A stretch of 64,000 bases of DNA, from NCBI GenBank assembly GCA_903834785.1, contig CAILKP010000103.1:1-64000 (forward strand), written 5' to 3'. Below are positions 49,612-58,233 of the stretch, piece by piece (positions within the stretch are counted from its first letter, which is position 1; each line of letters starts with the position of its first letter). Under the pieces are notes generated by a model. The model searched no databases. It saw nothing but the letters and a program-made list of their open reading frames with translations, and was not told the origin of the DNA. The DNA is from an uncultured bacterium (GTDB lineage Bacteria; Planctomycetota; Phycisphaerae; Phycisphaerales; UBA1924). A program made the position numbers and the translations under genes.

Positions 49612-50775
49612 TCAGCGGGCCGGATGCTCGGTGCGGTGGTAGAGGATGCCGCGGCGGGCCTGCTGATCGAGGAGGCGGGCCACGAGGGGGGCATCCTGAC
49701 CGATGAACTCGGGGACGATGACGCCGCGGGGGGAGAAGCGACCGGCGAGGACTTCGCGGGCCATGATGGCGCAGGGGAAGGCGGTGGTGCGTGCCATGGA
49801 GGTGAAGCCGGTGGCGGGGTCGAGCTTATCGAGGACATCGAAGCGGACGGTGAGCTCGGCGGACTTGCGTGAGCCGGTGGCCTCGACGCGCATGACGGTG
49901 AGGTCGGCCTCGCCGGGCTGGTACGTCCACATGGGGAACATGAGTTTGGCGACCAGGTCGCGCGGGATGATTGAAGTGCCTTTGACATCGACGGGGTCGG
50001 TGCCGAAAAGGCCCATTTCGCGGAGCACGCGCATCTGCTCGATGTGGCCGGGGTAGCGAAGGGTTTTCTCCTTCATGTGCGGGATGCAGCCGAGGTAGGT
50101 GCGTGCCATGGAGCGGAGGCCGTCGGTGTTGAAGGCCTCGAGGGTGCCGACGCCGGGCAGGTCGAGGAGTTCGGGCTCGCTGAGGGCGGGGCGGGTGACG
50201 AGCTGGTTGTGCTCAACGAGGCGGGCGGGACGGGTGTACTCCTCGATGACATCGGCCGGTGAGAAGGCGGCTTTGTAGGAGAACGGCCAGCGGCGCTCGA
50301 CGGGGAGGCCGCCGACGTACATGGCGACGGTGTGGCAGGTCTCGAGCAGCTCGGCGGCGTGGGCGGCGAGGATGTGGCTCATGCCGGGGGCGACGCCGCA
50401 GTCGACGACGGCGGTGACGCCCTTGGACTGCGCGAGGTCGGTGAGATCGAGCAGATCCTCGGGGACGAACGAGATGTCGCAGACGTGCTTGCCGGATTCG
50501 ATGAGCGTCTGGACGGTGCGGAAGGCAAAGCGGCTGGGCAGGGCGCAGCAGACCAGATCGGCATCGGCGGCGAGGCGGCGGACATCGGCTGGGCTGGATG
50601 CATCACCGGTGAGCGTGGCCAGGGGGAGTTTCATGGCCGCTGCCCGCTGACGGAGCGCATCGACCGCGCTGGCGGAGGCGTCCGCAGCGGTGACCTTGAG
50701 GGTTGGATCTGAGGCCAGATCGAGGGCCATGACCGAACCGACCATTCCGCAGCCGAGCACAAGTACCTTTGGCAT
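49612..50775 (-). CDS. saccharopine dehydrogenase-like NAD(P)-binding oxidoreductase
   Basis: From Met 50775: MPKVLVLGCGMVGSVMALDLA Rossmann motif and a saccharopine-dehydrogenase C-terminal region. The upstream 251 codons of the raw ORF are Arg/Pro-rich and rejected. Confidence 0.75.
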   Translation of the reverse strand: MPKVLVLGCGMVGSVMALDLASDPTLKVTAADASASAVDALRQRAAAMKLPLATLTGDASSPADVRRLAADADLVCCALPSRFAFRTVQTLIESGKHVCDISFVPEDLLDLTDLAQSKGVTAVVDCGVAPGMSHILAAHAAELLETCHTVAMYVGGLPVERRWPFSYKAAFSPADVIEEYTRPARLVEHNQLVTRPALSEPELLDLPGVGTLEAFNTDGLRSMARTYLGCIPHMKEKTLRYPGHIEQMRVLREMGLFGTDPVDVKGTSIIPRDLVAKLMFPMWTYQPGEADLTVMRVEATGSRKSAELTVRFDVLDKLDPATGFTSMARTTAFPCAIMAREVLAGRFSPRGVIVPEFIGQDAPLVARLLDQQARRGILYHRTEHPAR

Positions 50776-50834
50776 GGCCGAGGGTAAGGCGTGAGCCGGT
50801 GCGGATGGGCGGTGGGCAGGCGTGAAGCCCGGCA

Positions 50835-51383
50835 CTACTTGCGGACGGATCTGCCCGCTGCGCTGAGGAGGGCTTCGGCGCTGGGGGGCAGCCCAAGCCG
50901 TCGCAGCGAGGCCGCCACAGATGTGATCGGGTCGGCCACGAGTTGATCCGTGAGCGTGCAATGGGCGAGCGGGGCGGCGGACGGCGCGGGTTGGGACGGT
51001 GCGGGCGGCGTGATGGAGTGCTGGGAGGGAGCCGGCCGGTGTTGGGCGGAGGGTTGGGCGGTGTGCGCAGGAGCGACTACCGGCCGCGGGGCGGCGGAGA
51101 CGGCGGGGGTTGCGACCGGGTGGGTGGTGCGCGGCGAGGGCACGTGCGGGGAGCGAGCAGACGGGGTGGCGAGCGTGGCGAGGAACGCGGCGGGGAATGC
51201 ATCGTGGGCTTCGTCGAGCGAGGGCTTGGACTTGACCAGGGAGAGGCAGCAGCGGAAGAGCTTGGGATCGAAGGGTCGGGTTTCGGTGAGCATCTCGCGG
51301 ATGATGGCGAGGCCCTGGTGCATGGCTTCGAGCAGGCGGGCGTGGAAGATGGGCATGGAGAGCGGGAGAGCAGACGCGTTCAT
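50835..51383 (-). CDS. hypothetical Pro/Ala-rich protein
   Basis: Met 51383 is preceded by a GGAGG RBS. Helical N-terminal ~70 aa, then a Pro/Ala/Ser-rich linker and a short C-terminal segment. Confidence 0.4.
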   Translation of the reverse strand: MNASALPLSMPIFHARLLEAMHQGLAIIREMLTETRPFDPKLFRCCLSLVKSKPSLDEAHDAFPAAFLATLATPSARSPHVPSPRTTHPVATPAVSAAPRPVVAPAHTAQPSAQHRPAPSQHSITPPAPSQPAPSAAPLAHCTLTDQLVADPITSVAASLRRLGLPPSAEALLSAAGRSVRK

Positions 51384-52217
51384 GATGAGACCTCCGTGAG
51401 CTTCGCTGAAGATCAGCGAGCGACCTTGCCGCGGGTTTGGACGATTGCCGCGGCGATGGAGAGAGCATCGCGCATGGGGAGTGGGTTGGCAAGAGGTGGT
51501 GCCCAACTTGCGCGCACAGAGGCGTCACGAAGGCGACGAGAAGGACAGACGGTTGTCCGTGAGCGGCGTGCGAGGTCGCGGGGCGGGCGAGATATCCACA
51601 GCGAAGTCAGGCGGCGGGAGGGGAACTTCAGCGGTGTGGATGGGAGCAAAAAGAAAGCACCCCGCAACCTTGCGGCCGCGGGGTGGATTGAGGACTTTCG
51701 TCAAGTCCGACTGTCACCAGCGAAAGGTTCGCCGGCGTGGGGCTCGGCCGCGGTGTTTTTCAACCGGGGCGTCGCTCCGTCGAGGTGGCCTCTGAGTCGA
51801 TGCGGGAAAGAGCATCGGGATCAGCGGTCAAGCCCCAGGGTCCATCCAGAACAGTAGCTAAGCGTCACTGGATCACCTCCTTTCACAAAGGGTCCGCCTT
51901 GCTGCCACCGGGGGGATGAAGCCCGGCCGCTCGGTTTTCCCCCGCCGGACTGTTAGATCCGGCGGCATTTCACCAGACTTTTCCGCTGCAGACGGGAAGC
52001 TTGGTGTCACGCGAGGGTCTCGGATCGTCCGGCACCGTGCCGGGCAGTGGAACCGAGGTCACACGTGATACAGCTATGTTCGACGGTTGGTGGCGGGCGG
52101 TTCAAATTTTCCGCGAGCAAGTTTGTCGGATGCCGGGCGGAGGGGGTGAAACTGGGCAAGCTGTGGTGTGGGCGGGTGGCGGGCTGGTGCTGGGCTGGTG
52201 CTGGCGACAGCGGCGTA

Positions 52218-52424
52218 TCAGACTTTGCCTTCGGCCTCGGCTTCGTCGTAGGGCTTGAAGGTGCCCTTCTTGTTTTCGGCCTCGACGTACTGCTTGAACT
52301 CGGTCATTTTGTAGCTGAGGAAGCAGAAGACGTGGTGGAGCGTGAGGTGCTCGAGGTCGGTGTTGTCCTTGGGGGTGTCCTTGCGGAGGCGGTCGAGTTC
52401 GGCCAGGAGGGTTTCGGCTTTCAT
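52218..52424 (-). CDS. small Lys/Glu-rich hypothetical protein translationally coupled to znuB
   Basis: 68 aa. ATG overlaps the znuB stop (ATGA at 52421-52424). Lower GC and Lys-rich, unlike its neighbours. Confidence 0.4.
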   Translation of the reverse strand: MKAETLLAELDRLRKDTPKDNTDLEHLTLHHVFCFLSYKMTEFKQYVEAENKKGTFKPYDEAEAEGKV

Positions 52425-53377
52425 GGGTTTGCCTTGGCGGGGAGTGCGGGGGATGCTGCCGCGGGGGAGGTGAGGCGTGCGCGGAGGACGGCGAGTGCGA
52501 AGAGGACGCAGAGGAGCAGGACGATGCAGGGGCCGGTCTGGGCATCAGTCTCGATGCTGAGCCAGAGGCCCCCCACTACACCCGTGCAGGCGGAGATGAT
52601 GGAGAGGGCGAAGACGACCTCGAAGCGGCGGCTGAGTTTGAGGGCGATGGCGCCGGGGAGCACGAGCATGGCGGTAGCCAGCACGACGCCGCAGATCTTC
52701 ATGGCGGTGACGGTGGCGATGGCCAGGAGCGTCATGAGGACGGTGCGGGCGAGGGTGACGGGGACACCGAAGGCGGGGGCGGAGGTTTCGTCGAAGGTCC
52801 AGAAGAGCAGGACGCGGCGGAAGTACCAGAGGACCAGCACGGTGAGCACAAGCACGGCCAGGGAGACGTAGACATCAGCCCAGCTGGCGGTGGTGACGGA
52901 GCCGAAGAGGATGGACTCCCAGGAACGCTGGGCCTCGGTCACGCCGCGGGAGCGGGCGAGGGTGTTGGCGTACTGGACGAGGAGGCCGCCCATGGCCATG
53001 GCGGCGACCAGGAAGAGGCCGATGCCGGTATCAACCTGAACGGACTGGCCGGACTGGCCGGAGCGGCGTGCGCCGACGGCGGCCATTCCCAGGGCGGAGG
53101 CGATGCAGAAGGCGACGACGATGAGAAACTCGGCCACGGAGCCCTGGCCGATGGAGACGGCGGTGCCCGAACTGGCGGCAAGGACCGAGGCCACCGCAGC
53201 GATGCCGATGCCGCCGAAGGCGGAGTGACTGACGCCCTGGCCGACGAAGGCCAGACGCTTGAGCACCACCAGCACGCTGAGGGCGGCGCAGAGGATGGCG
53301 ACGAGCAGGCCTGCCAGCAGCGGGGTCAGGAGGAGTTGGAGTTCCTGCCAGGAGTGGAAGTACTCGAGGAGTTTCAT
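52421..53377 (-). CDS. znuB: metal (Zn/Mn) ABC transporter permease
   Basis: 318 aa, 8-9 TM helices, ABC-3 family pattern. 4-bp overlap with znuC. Confidence 0.85.
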   Translation of the reverse strand: MKLLEYFHSWQELQLLLTPLLAGLLVAILCAALSVLVVLKRLAFVGQGVSHSAFGGIGIAAVASVLAASSGTAVSIGQGSVAEFLIVVAFCIASALGMAAVGARRSGQSGQSVQVDTGIGLFLVAAMAMGGLLVQYANTLARSRGVTEAQRSWESILFGSVTTASWADVYVSLAVLVLTVLVLWYFRRVLLFWTFDETSAPAFGVPVTLARTVLMTLLAIATVTAMKICGVVLATAMLVLPGAIALKLSRRFEVVFALSIISACTGVVGGLWLSIETDAQTGPCIVLLLCVLFALAVLRARLTSPAAASPALPAKANP

Positions 53378-54303
53378 GGTGCATCCCCGCTTGTGCGCGG
53401 TGGGCGGGGTGCGCTGATGTTCAGGGAGACGGCGGCTGGCTGGTGGGCGTGGCCGTGATCGTGGGCGTGATCGTGTTCCGGGCAGGGCTCACCAGCGGCG
53501 TGGGCGTGGATGTGCATGCCTGCCAGGCTGGAGGCGGCGGGAAGTGCAGCCAGGCCGGCGATGTCGTGGCTGAAGAGTTCGGCCAGGACCTGCGGCGTCA
53601 GGCCCTGCGGGCTGGTGTGGCTGTGGAGGCGACGGGAGAGGCAGGCGACGCGATCGCAGCCGGCGGCGACGGCGCGGAGATCGTGACTGACAATGAGAAC
53701 AGTGATGCCGAGTTTGCTGTGGACGCTGGCCAGGAGTTCGGCGAACTGGGCCTGGCCGGCGGCATCGATGCCGACGGTGGGCTCATCAAGCACGAGCAGG
53801 CGAGGGGAGCAGGCCAGTGCGCGGGCGATGAGGGCACGCTGGAGCTGGCCGCCGGAGAGGGCGCCGATGGGACGGGTGGCCAGTTGGCCGAGGCCGACGA
53901 GGCGGATGAGGCCCTCGACGCGGTCGCGCTCTGCGGCTGGCAGGGATTTCCACGGGGGGAGCCGCCAGGATGCGGCGAGGGTGATGACCTGGCGGACAGA
54001 GAGCGGGAAACCGATCTCGGCCTCGCTGCGCTGGGCGACGTAGCCGATGAGGCCCTGCTGGCGTGCCTGGAGCGGCGAGAGGCCGAACACGGAGACAGTG
54101 CCGGACTGGCAGTGGAGCACGCCGAGGACGAGTTTGAGCAGCGTGGACTTGCCGCCGCCGTTGGGGCCGAGGATGCCGAGGCGTTCACCTTCGACCACTG
54201 TGAGCGAGACGTCCTCCAACGCCGGGGCATCGAGGCCCGGGTAGGTGAAGGTCGCTTGCTTTACTTCGACGGCGGCGGTGGGCACGGGGGATTGTTGGAT
54301 CAC
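53374..54303 (-). CDS. znuC: metal ABC transporter ATP-binding protein with His-rich C-terminal tail
   Basis: Walker A GPNGGGKST, signature LSGGQLQR, Walker B LLVLDEPT. C-terminal tail HIHAHAAGEPCPEHDHAHDHGHAHQ. Confidence 0.88.
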   Translation of the reverse strand: MIQQSPVPTAAVEVKQATFTYPGLDAPALEDVSLTVVEGERLGILGPNGGGKSTLLKLVLGVLHCQSGTVSVFGLSPLQARQQGLIGYVAQRSEAEIGFPLSVRQVITLAASWRLPPWKSLPAAERDRVEGLIRLVGLGQLATRPIGALSGGQLQRALIARALACSPRLLVLDEPTVGIDAAGQAQFAELLASVHSKLGITVLIVSHDLRAVAAGCDRVACLSRRLHSHTSPQGLTPQVLAELFSHDIAGLAALPAASSLAGMHIHAHAAGEPCPEHDHAHDHGHAHQPAAVSLNISAPRPPRTSGDAP

Positions 54304-55469
54304 CGCGATGCGGGAGCCAGCGCGCCGGTGGATCGCGTTGAAGAAGGTGCGGAGGGCGCATCGGGCAGGCTGGCGGCGATGGCGGCGAGGTTGGAACGCA
54401 TCATGACGAACCAGTCGCCGGTGCCGAGGGGATCGAGCAGGGCGGTGCGGGCACCGGTGGACTCGGCGATGCGCTTTGCCGCGGCGGGGGAGAGCTGGGG
54501 CTCGATGAAGATGGTGGTGAGCTTCTTGGAGGTCACGGCCTCGGAGGCGGCCTTGAGGGAGGCCATGGTGGGCTCGGTGGCGGTGAGGCCCTTGAGCGGG
54601 ACGGTTGTGAGGTTGTAGCGGCGGGCGAGGTGGCCCCAGGCATCGTGCGTGACGACGAGTGTGCGGTGGGCCTTGCCGGCTAGCGCGGCGGTGTAGTCGG
54701 CATCGAGCTGGCGGATATCGGCGATGACGGCCTGAGCGCGGGCGTTGATGTTGGTCTCGGCGGCGGCGTACTGCTCGGCTGAGAGGCGGGGCTTGAGTGC
54801 GGCGAGTGTCTGGCGGGCGATCTCGGAAGCGAGCTTCTCGACTTGCATGGGATCAAGCCACCAGTGCGGGTCGTTGTCGGCCGAGTGGTCGCAGTCCTCG
54901 GTATGTACGTGGGGCTTGGCGGGTGCGGCCGGGGCCTGGGCCGGGGAAGCGGCGTGGTCGGCGTGATCAGCGTGATCGTGATCGTGATCGTGATCGGCGT
55001 GTTTGTCGCTGTCGCCGCCAGCCTGGGCGAGGGACTCGAGCCGGACGATTCGGCGGGCCGGGGTTGTGGTGGTGCCGGGTGCTGCGTTTGGTTTGGTGCT
55101 GGGCTTGGGTGCGGCGGCGACGGCCTTGTCGACCTGAGGCTCGAGCCCGCCGCCGACTTGGACGAGCAGGTCGGCACGGCTGAGGAGGCGGAGCTTGCCG
55201 GGCGGGATCTCGTAGCCATGCTCACTGACACCGTTGGGAATGAGCTGCTCGATGGTGGAGCCGGGCGGAACGATGCGCTCGGTGATGATGCGGAGGGGGG
55301 CGATGGTGACGACGACGCTGAGGGGCGCAGCGGTGGTGGCGGCTGCTGCCGAGCCCGGAGCGGCGATGGCGGGCGCCGGGGCCGGAGCTGCGCTGGCGGC
55401 GGCGGTGGCCAGCAGCATGCCGCAGGCGAGTGTGAGGAACCGGGCTGATGCGAGTGAGTGGGTGTGCAT
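54300..55469 (-). CDS. znuA: metal ABC transporter substrate-binding protein (ZnuA-like) with His/Asp-rich loop
   Basis: Signal peptide, ZnuA/TroA fold motifs (GYEIPPG, VVTHDAWGHLARRYNL), long acidic His-rich loop DSDKHADHDHDHDHADHADHA characteristic of Zn-specific ZnuA. Confidence 0.85.
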   Translation of the reverse strand: MHTHSLASARFLTLACGMLLATAAASAAPAPAPAIAAPGSAAAATTAAPLSVVVTIAPLRIITERIVPPGSTIEQLIPNGVSEHGYEIPPGKLRLLSRADLLVQVGGGLEPQVDKAVAAAPKPSTKPNAAPGTTTTPARRIVRLESLAQAGGDSDKHADHDHDHDHADHADHAASPAQAPAAPAKPHVHTEDCDHSADNDPHWWLDPMQVEKLASEIARQTLAALKPRLSAEQYAAAETNINARAQAVIADIRQLDADYTAALAGKAHRTLVVTHDAWGHLARRYNLTTVPLKGLTATEPTMASLKAASEAVTSKKLTTIFIEPQLSPAAAKRIAESTGARTALLDPLGTGDWFVMMRSNLAAIAASLPDAPSAPSSTRSTGALAPASR

Positions 55470-55550
55470 CGGGCGTGGTTGCCGCGAGGGGCGGCGGAGT
55501 GCGGGGAGGGGGATCCGGAAGGACGGGCGAGCGAGGGGGTTGGCCCATCT

Positions 55551-55565
55551 TGCAACAGAGTTGCA
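55551..55565. promoter_or_regulatory. perfect 6-3-6 palindrome TGCAAC-AGA-GTTGCA upstream of znuA, candidate metalloregulator operator
   Basis: Located about 80-95 nt upstream of the znuA start codon in the znuA/tRNA-Ala intergenic region. Confidence 0.3.
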
Positions 55566-55743
55566 GATCGTACGCGAAGGGCGTGAGGCGGGTTCGGGCC
55601 AATCGAGATTCGGCGGCTGGGGAGGTGAGGCTGGGCCCGATTGGGGGTGAATCCCCCCGCTGCTGCCGCACTATCGGGGGTGAGCGGCAGGGCAGGGAAC
55701 TGGACGGGGGCTGCCGCGGGCGATATCATGCTTTCCATGTTCC

Positions 55744-55816
55744 GGGGCGATAGCTCAGTTGGTAGAGCGCTTCGTTCGCAATGAAGAGGTCGGGAGTTCG
55801 ACTCTCCTTCGCTCCA
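55744..55816 (+). tRNA. tRNA-Ala (anticodon CGC)
   Basis: Cloverleaf: acceptor GGGGCGA/TCGCTCC with G3:U70 (Ala identity), D-arm GCTC-AGTTGGTA-GAGC, anticodon loop TTCGCAA, T-arm GGGAG-TTCGACT-CTCCT, discriminator A. No encoded CCA. Confidence 0.9.
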
Positions 55817-55835
55817 CTTAGTCCGGATAGGACAC

Positions 55836-55869
55836 ATCGCCCGGCGGCCTGCCGGGCGATGCTGTTTTT
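55836..55869 (+). terminator. rho-independent terminator after tRNA-Ala
   Basis: ATCGCCCGGC-ggcct-GCCGGGCGAT followed by GCTGTTTTTGG. Confidence 0.6.
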
Positions 55870-55963
55870 GGGGATTTGAATGATTTTGGGATGGGGTTGG
55901 GCGGGGCTGTGGCGGGCGTGGGCCGTGCTTTGCCGATCCGGGGGCGAGCTGCGGCTGCGGGCT

Positions 55964-56272
55964 TCAGGCGGGTTTGGAGCCGGGCTGGAAGGCACCGATG
56001 ACGCTGCCGCGGATGACGGTGAAGGTGATGTTGCCATCGTCGATGTCGGCACCGGGGAGGAGGTCATCATCGAGGGATTCGAGGAGGGCGGGGATGTCGG
56101 AATCCGCGAAGCCGGAGCTGGGCAGGAGGATGACGGTGCCGGCGATATTGCCGCCGGGGAGGTAGTGGAGATCGACCGCGGCGAGGTCGCGGTCGGGCGC
56201 GGTGGCATCGGTGGCGAGGAATCGCTCGGAGGATGGAGTGCGGAGGGTGCGTTTCCAGATCCAGGTGGGCAT
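55964..56272 (-). CDS. small hypothetical acidic protein
   Basis: 102 aa (MPTWIWKRTLRTPSSERFLATDATAPDRDL...). Strong third-position GC bias indicates real coding. The upstream part of the raw 341-aa ORF runs through tRNA-Gly and is rejected. Confidence 0.45.
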   Translation of the reverse strand: MPTWIWKRTLRTPSSERFLATDATAPDRDLAAVDLHYLPGGNIAGTVILLPSSGFADSDIPALLESLDDDLLPGADIDDGNITFTVIRGSVIGAFQPGSKPA

Positions 56273-56330
56273 GGGAGTGGTGTGGGTTTGGGTGATTTGG
56301 GTGCGGGGCGGGCGGAGGGATTGTGCGGCG

Positions 56331-56606
56331 TTACGAGAGGGCTGCGAAGGCACGCGAGGCGGCGAGGCCGGCGGTAGTGAGTGCCGCGGCGGAGAGGGCG
56401 AGGATGCCGAGACAGCCGAAGGGGAACGCGCCGCGTTTGCTGAGCGAGACGCCGCCGGGGAGGCGGAATGTGGTGTAGGAGCGGCCGCCGGGGCCCATGC
56501 CGGTGCGGAGGCCCTTGGTGCCGACGGACCACCCCACGCCGCGGCGGGAGAGGTTGACGCGGAATGGACCGGCGGGCAGTGAGACGGAGGCATAGCGGCG
56601 TCGCAT
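56331..56606 (-). CDS. DUF4236 domain-containing protein
   Basis: 91 aa. FRVNLSRRGVGWSVGTKGLRTGMGPGGRSYTTFRLPGGVSLSKRG matches the DUF4236 repeat pattern (R-x-N-L-S-K-x-G...S-x-G...G-x-x-G-x-Y). C-terminal hydrophobic helix. Confidence 0.6.
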   Translation of the reverse strand: MRRRYASVSLPAGPFRVNLSRRGVGWSVGTKGLRTGMGPGGRSYTTFRLPGGVSLSKRGAFPFGCLGILALSAAALTTAGLAASRAFAALS

Positions 56607-56734
56607 AGTGCGGGATGGTTGGCGGGGAGTGGCGGGGCGGGCGGGTGGCGGGTTGGTGGACGCTGGGCGGGGCTTGGCGGGTGAAGGAGAGTTTGCCCAC
56701 GGGGTGGGGAGAGGGAGGTATACTCTGGTTCACC

Positions 56735-56806
56735 GCGGGCGTAGTTCAGCGGTAGAACGTCAGCTTCCCAAGCTGAATGTCGCCAGTTCGATCCTGGTCG
56801 CCCGCT
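56735..56806 (+). tRNA. tRNA-Gly (anticodon CCC)
   Basis: Acceptor GCGGGCG/CGCCCGC, D-arm GTTC-AGCGGTA-GAAC, anticodon stem TCAGC/GCTGA with loop TTCCCAA, T-arm GCCAG-TTCGATC-CTGGT, discriminator U. Confidence 0.9.
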
Positions 56807-56813
56807 TTGGATG

Positions 56814-56851
56814 CCGCCGTTGTCATGGGTTGACAGCGGCGGTCTTTTTCG
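56814..56851 (+). terminator. rho-independent terminator after tRNA-Gly
   Basis: GCCGCCGTTGTCA-tgggt-TGACAGCGGCGG followed by TCTTTTTCG. Confidence 0.6.
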
Positions 56852-56987
56852 TTTACGAACGCCGCTGCTTTCGCGAGTTCTGGCGGCGGGGCGAGGCCAG
56901 CCGGGTCGGGACCAACTGCCGGATGATGACAGGGAGTGACCTGGGCGGACGCTCGCGTGTGCAAGCGGTTGTGCAGGGTGTGGCGGC

Positions 56988-57560
56988 ATGAAGCTGCCGA
57001 TTGGCGGGCGGCCATATCACGAATCCCTACCCTTCGGTCTTCCGATGCCGACCACACCGCAAGATCCCGACACCGAGCTACTTCTCAGCGAGCTCGTCGA
57101 GGCGTTTTCGAATGTGAGCCGGGTCAACGGAAGGTCGTGGACCGATGCGATGGCACTTGACCTGATGGGAGTTCCCCGGGTCGATTTTCCGATCGTGCAT
57201 CGCGAGGATGATCAGTCGTGGATCGACGTTGCCGATGATGCGGGCTGGGATCCGTATCGCGGCGTGGGCGGGTGGCCATTCCTGGATGGCGTGGGATTCA
57301 GGTACTACCTCGCGGCGGCGATGTATCGTGCCGTGCGAACGGGGGAGAGCGGCGACCTCGCACAGCAGATGGATCTCCCCTTCAACGCCAAGGCCAGACG
57401 CCGTTTCCTTGACCGGTGGATTCTGAATGCGCGGCAGCAACAGGTGGCTGTGCGGGTGGCCATGTTGATGCGAGCGAGGGCACTTGCGGCTGACGATGCC
57501 AGCGGGTTTGATGAGTGGGATCGTGTCGTTCAGGGCTGGGCGGCCCACGCCTCACAATGA
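56988..57560 (+). CDS. hypothetical protein (first gene of tRNA-Gly-adjacent block)
   Basis: 190 aa, acidic, Trp-rich (GWDPYRGVGGWPFLDGVGFRYYLAAAMYRA). Lower GC and G-ending codons. No recognisable family. Confidence 0.45.
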   Translation: MKLPIGGRPYHESLPFGLPMPTTPQDPDTELLLSELVEAFSNVSRVNGRSWTDAMALDLMGVPRVDFPIVHREDDQSWIDVADDAGWDPYRGVGGWPFLDGVGFRYYLAAAMYRAVRTGESGDLAQQMDLPFNAKARRRFLDRWILNARQQQVAVRVAMLMRARALAADDASGFDEWDRVVQGWAAHASQ

Positions 57561-57696
57561 ACTTGCGGACAGAGGTGGCACACCTCCACCGAGCGGCAGG
57601 TCCGGGAGGCTCGCCACCGCCCATAGCCAAGTCAAGGAGTTTCAAGTCGTACGGGGCCGTTGGGCCGGGCGGCGGCTGTCGATGCGAGGTATTACA

Positions 57697-58233
57697 ATGT
57701 TGGATGGAATGGATCAGAGCGGAAGGCCGTTGGTAAGGCTGAGCTACCACACGGGGGTGGACATGCTGCTTGTTGGCGGGGCGGCTGGCGTGCTTACTGG
57801 GGTGCTTCCGCCAGCACGGACGACTAGCGACTGTGACGTGATGGCGTATGTTCCTGAAGACGCGATGGGAGCGGTGGAGCGTGCCGCGGAGCGGGTTGCC
57901 GGAGAACTGGGGCTTGCGGCGAACTGGCTCAACAGCGACGTACAGCTCCGGCGAGATGCACTTGCCGATGACTGGCCGTCGCAGCGAATCTGGGTCGCCA
58001 CGTGGGGCCAACTCCGTGTGTTTGCAGTCAGCCGCGTCGATCTCATCGCCATGAAGGTGCTCGCGGGTCGGGCTCAGGATCTTGAGGACATCCGCTGGAT
58101 GAAGCCGCGGCCGGACGATGTCGAGTTTGTTCAACGGTACCTGGACGGTCTGCCGGGCAAAGGAACCTCGCCGGAGCAGATCGCCGAGGCGAAGGATGTG
58201 CTGGCGTCAATGGAGATCCATGAGCATGAGTGA
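57697..58233 (+). CDS. predicted minimal nucleotidyltransferase-fold protein
   Basis: 178 aa. LLVGGAAGVLTGVLPPARTTSDCDVMAY fits the hG[GS]-x9-13-D-x-D polymerase-beta-like NTase motif, with a helical C-terminal half. The stop overlaps the next gene start (ATGAGTGA). Confidence 0.5.
   Translation: MLDGMDQSGRPLVRLSYHTGVDMLLVGGAAGVLTGVLPPARTTSDCDVMAYVPEDAMGAVERAAERVAGELGLAANWLNSDVQLRRDALADDWPSQRIWVATWGQLRVFAVSRVDLIAMKVLAGRAQDLEDIRWMKPRPDDVEFVQRYLDGLPGKGTSPEQIAEAKDVLASMEIHEHE

Noticed and set aside
49612-51528. Upstream 251 codons of the 638-aa ORF containing saccharopine dehydrogenase
   Set aside because: Arg/Pro/His-rich, with no domain. The Rossmann motif starts right at Met 50775, so the real gene is 49612-50775.
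55726-56989. Long Pro-rich minus-strand ORFs (335 aa and the upstream part of 341 aa) spanning the tRNA genes
   Set aside because: They run through tRNA-Ala and tRNA-Gly and their terminators and have Pro/Ser/Arg-rich artefact composition. Only the C-terminal 102 aa (55964-56272) and the separate DUF4236 ORF look genuinely coding.
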